Below are positions 63,050-64,000 of a stretch of DNA of 64,000 bases, piece after piece. Made by a program: the position numbers and the translations under genes. Each line of letters starts with the position of its first letter. The stretch's first letter is position 1. Source of the DNA: Escherichia coli (lineage in GTDB: Bacteria; Pseudomonadota; Gammaproteobacteria; Enterobacterales; Enterobacteriaceae). Where the stretch lies: the NCBI RefSeq assembly GCF_001677475.2, contig NZ_CP015229.1, one strand, 5' to 3'. Under the pieces are notes generated by a model. The model made no database searches, was not told the DNA's origin, and worked only from the letters and a program-made list of their open reading frames with translations.

Positions 63050-64000
63050 TGTTCTTTTCGGGATTATTTCAACGAAAAAGTGACGCGCCGGTGACCACGC
63101 CAGCAGAGCTGGCGGATGCCATCGGGTTGTCCTACGACACCTATACCGGAAAGCAGATCAGCAGTCAGCGGGCCATGCGACTGACGGCGGTGTATTCCTG
63201 TGTCAGGGTGCTGGCTGAGTCTGTTGGTATGCTGCCCTGCAGTCTCTACAAAATCAGCGGCACCCTTAAAACACGGGCGGTGGATGAACGACTGCATAAG
63301 CTGGTTTCGGCAAAACCTAATGGCTACATGACGCCGCAGGAATTCTGGGAACTGGTCATTGTCTGCCTGTGTCTGCGGGGGAATTTTTACGCCTACAAGG
63401 TAAAGGCACTGGGGGAAGTGGTGGAGCTTCTCCCGATAGATCCGGGCTGTGTGGAACCGAAGCTGAACAGCCAGTGGCAGCCGGTTTATCAGGTGACGTT
63501 TCCGGATGGTTCCGTGGATGTGTTGACCCAGGATGAAATCTGGCATGTGCGCACCCTGACGCTGGATGGACTTGTCGGTCTGAATCCCATTGCGTATGCG
63601 CGTGAGGCCATTTCACTGGCAGCGGCAACCGAGGAGCACGGCGCCAGGCTGTTTGGTAACGGCGCTGTGACATCCGGTGTGTTGCGTACAGAACAAAAGC
63701 TCACGCCGGATGCTTATGAGCGCATGAAGAGGGATTTTGAGGAGCGTCATCTTGGGCTGGGTAATGCGCACCGTCCGATGATTCTGGAAATGGGGCTGGA
63801 CTGGAAGCCGGTGGCACTGAATGCCGAGGACAGCCAGTTCCTGGAAACCCGCAAGTTTCAGCTGGAAGAAATCTGTCGCCTGTTCCGCGTTCCGCTGCAT
63901 ATGGTGCAGAACACTGATCGCGCCACCTTCAACAATATTGAAGAGCTGGGGCTTGGCTTCATTAACTATTCCCTTGTGCCGTATCTGACCCGTATTGAAC
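63049..64000 (+). CDS. Prophage portal protein (HK97 family), N-terminal part; runs off window end
   Basis: Open frame from GTG 63049 with GGAGG RBS; ...MRLTAVYSCVRVLAESVGMLPCSLYKI...; homologous to satellite portal. Confidence 0.8.
   Translation, partial: MFFSGLFQRKSDAPVTTPAELADAIGLSYDTYTGKQISSQRAMRLTAVYSCVRVLAESVGMLPCSLYKISGTLKTRAVDERLHKLVSAKPNGYMTPQEFWELVIVCLCLRGNFYAYKVKALGEVVELLPIDPGCVEPKLNSQWQPVYQVTFPDGSVDVLTQDEIWHVRTLTLDGLVGLNPIAYAREAISLAAATEEHGARLFGNGAVTSGVLRTEQKLTPDAYERMKRDFEERHLGLGNAHRPMILEMGLDWKPVALNAEDSQFLETRKFQLEEICRLFRVPLHMVQNTDRATFNNIEELGLGFINYSLVPYLTRIE

Overview
Enterobacterial (E. coli-like) chromosome. Bases 1-24.6 kb are core genome, syntenic with the K-12 ycbX-rlmL-uup-pqiABC-rmf-fabA-ycbZ-matP-ompA-sulA-sxy-yccS-yccF-helD-mgsA-yccT-yccU-hspQ-rlmI-yccX-tusE-yccA-serT region. 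At ~24.65 kb a lambdoid prophage begins, integrated into tRNA-Ser (serT) and running past the window end: integrase/xis, exonuclease, dicB/dicF/ydfD-like module, two ParDE-type toxin-antitoxin pairs, tandem paralogous repressors with a RacR/YdaS/YdaT-like switch, replication genes, orphan DNA methyltransferase, RusA, Q-like antiterminator, an AraC-like regulator plus three-tRNA cluster, pinholin/SAR-endolysin/Rz/Rz1 lysis cassette, and HNH-TerS-TerL-portal packaging genes. The most striking feature is a ~15.4 kb satellite with the gene content of a capsid-forming PICI (P4-type integrase, two AlpA-like genes, Bro-N protein, RepA-like helicase with downstream iterons, SSB, own HK97-type capsid/protease/portal/connector/HNH/TerS/TerL, no tail or lysis genes) inserted site-specifically inside the prophage large-terminase gene (junctions ~46717 and ~62118), splitting it in two. 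All calls rest on reading the six-frame translations and on recalled family features; no database search was run.
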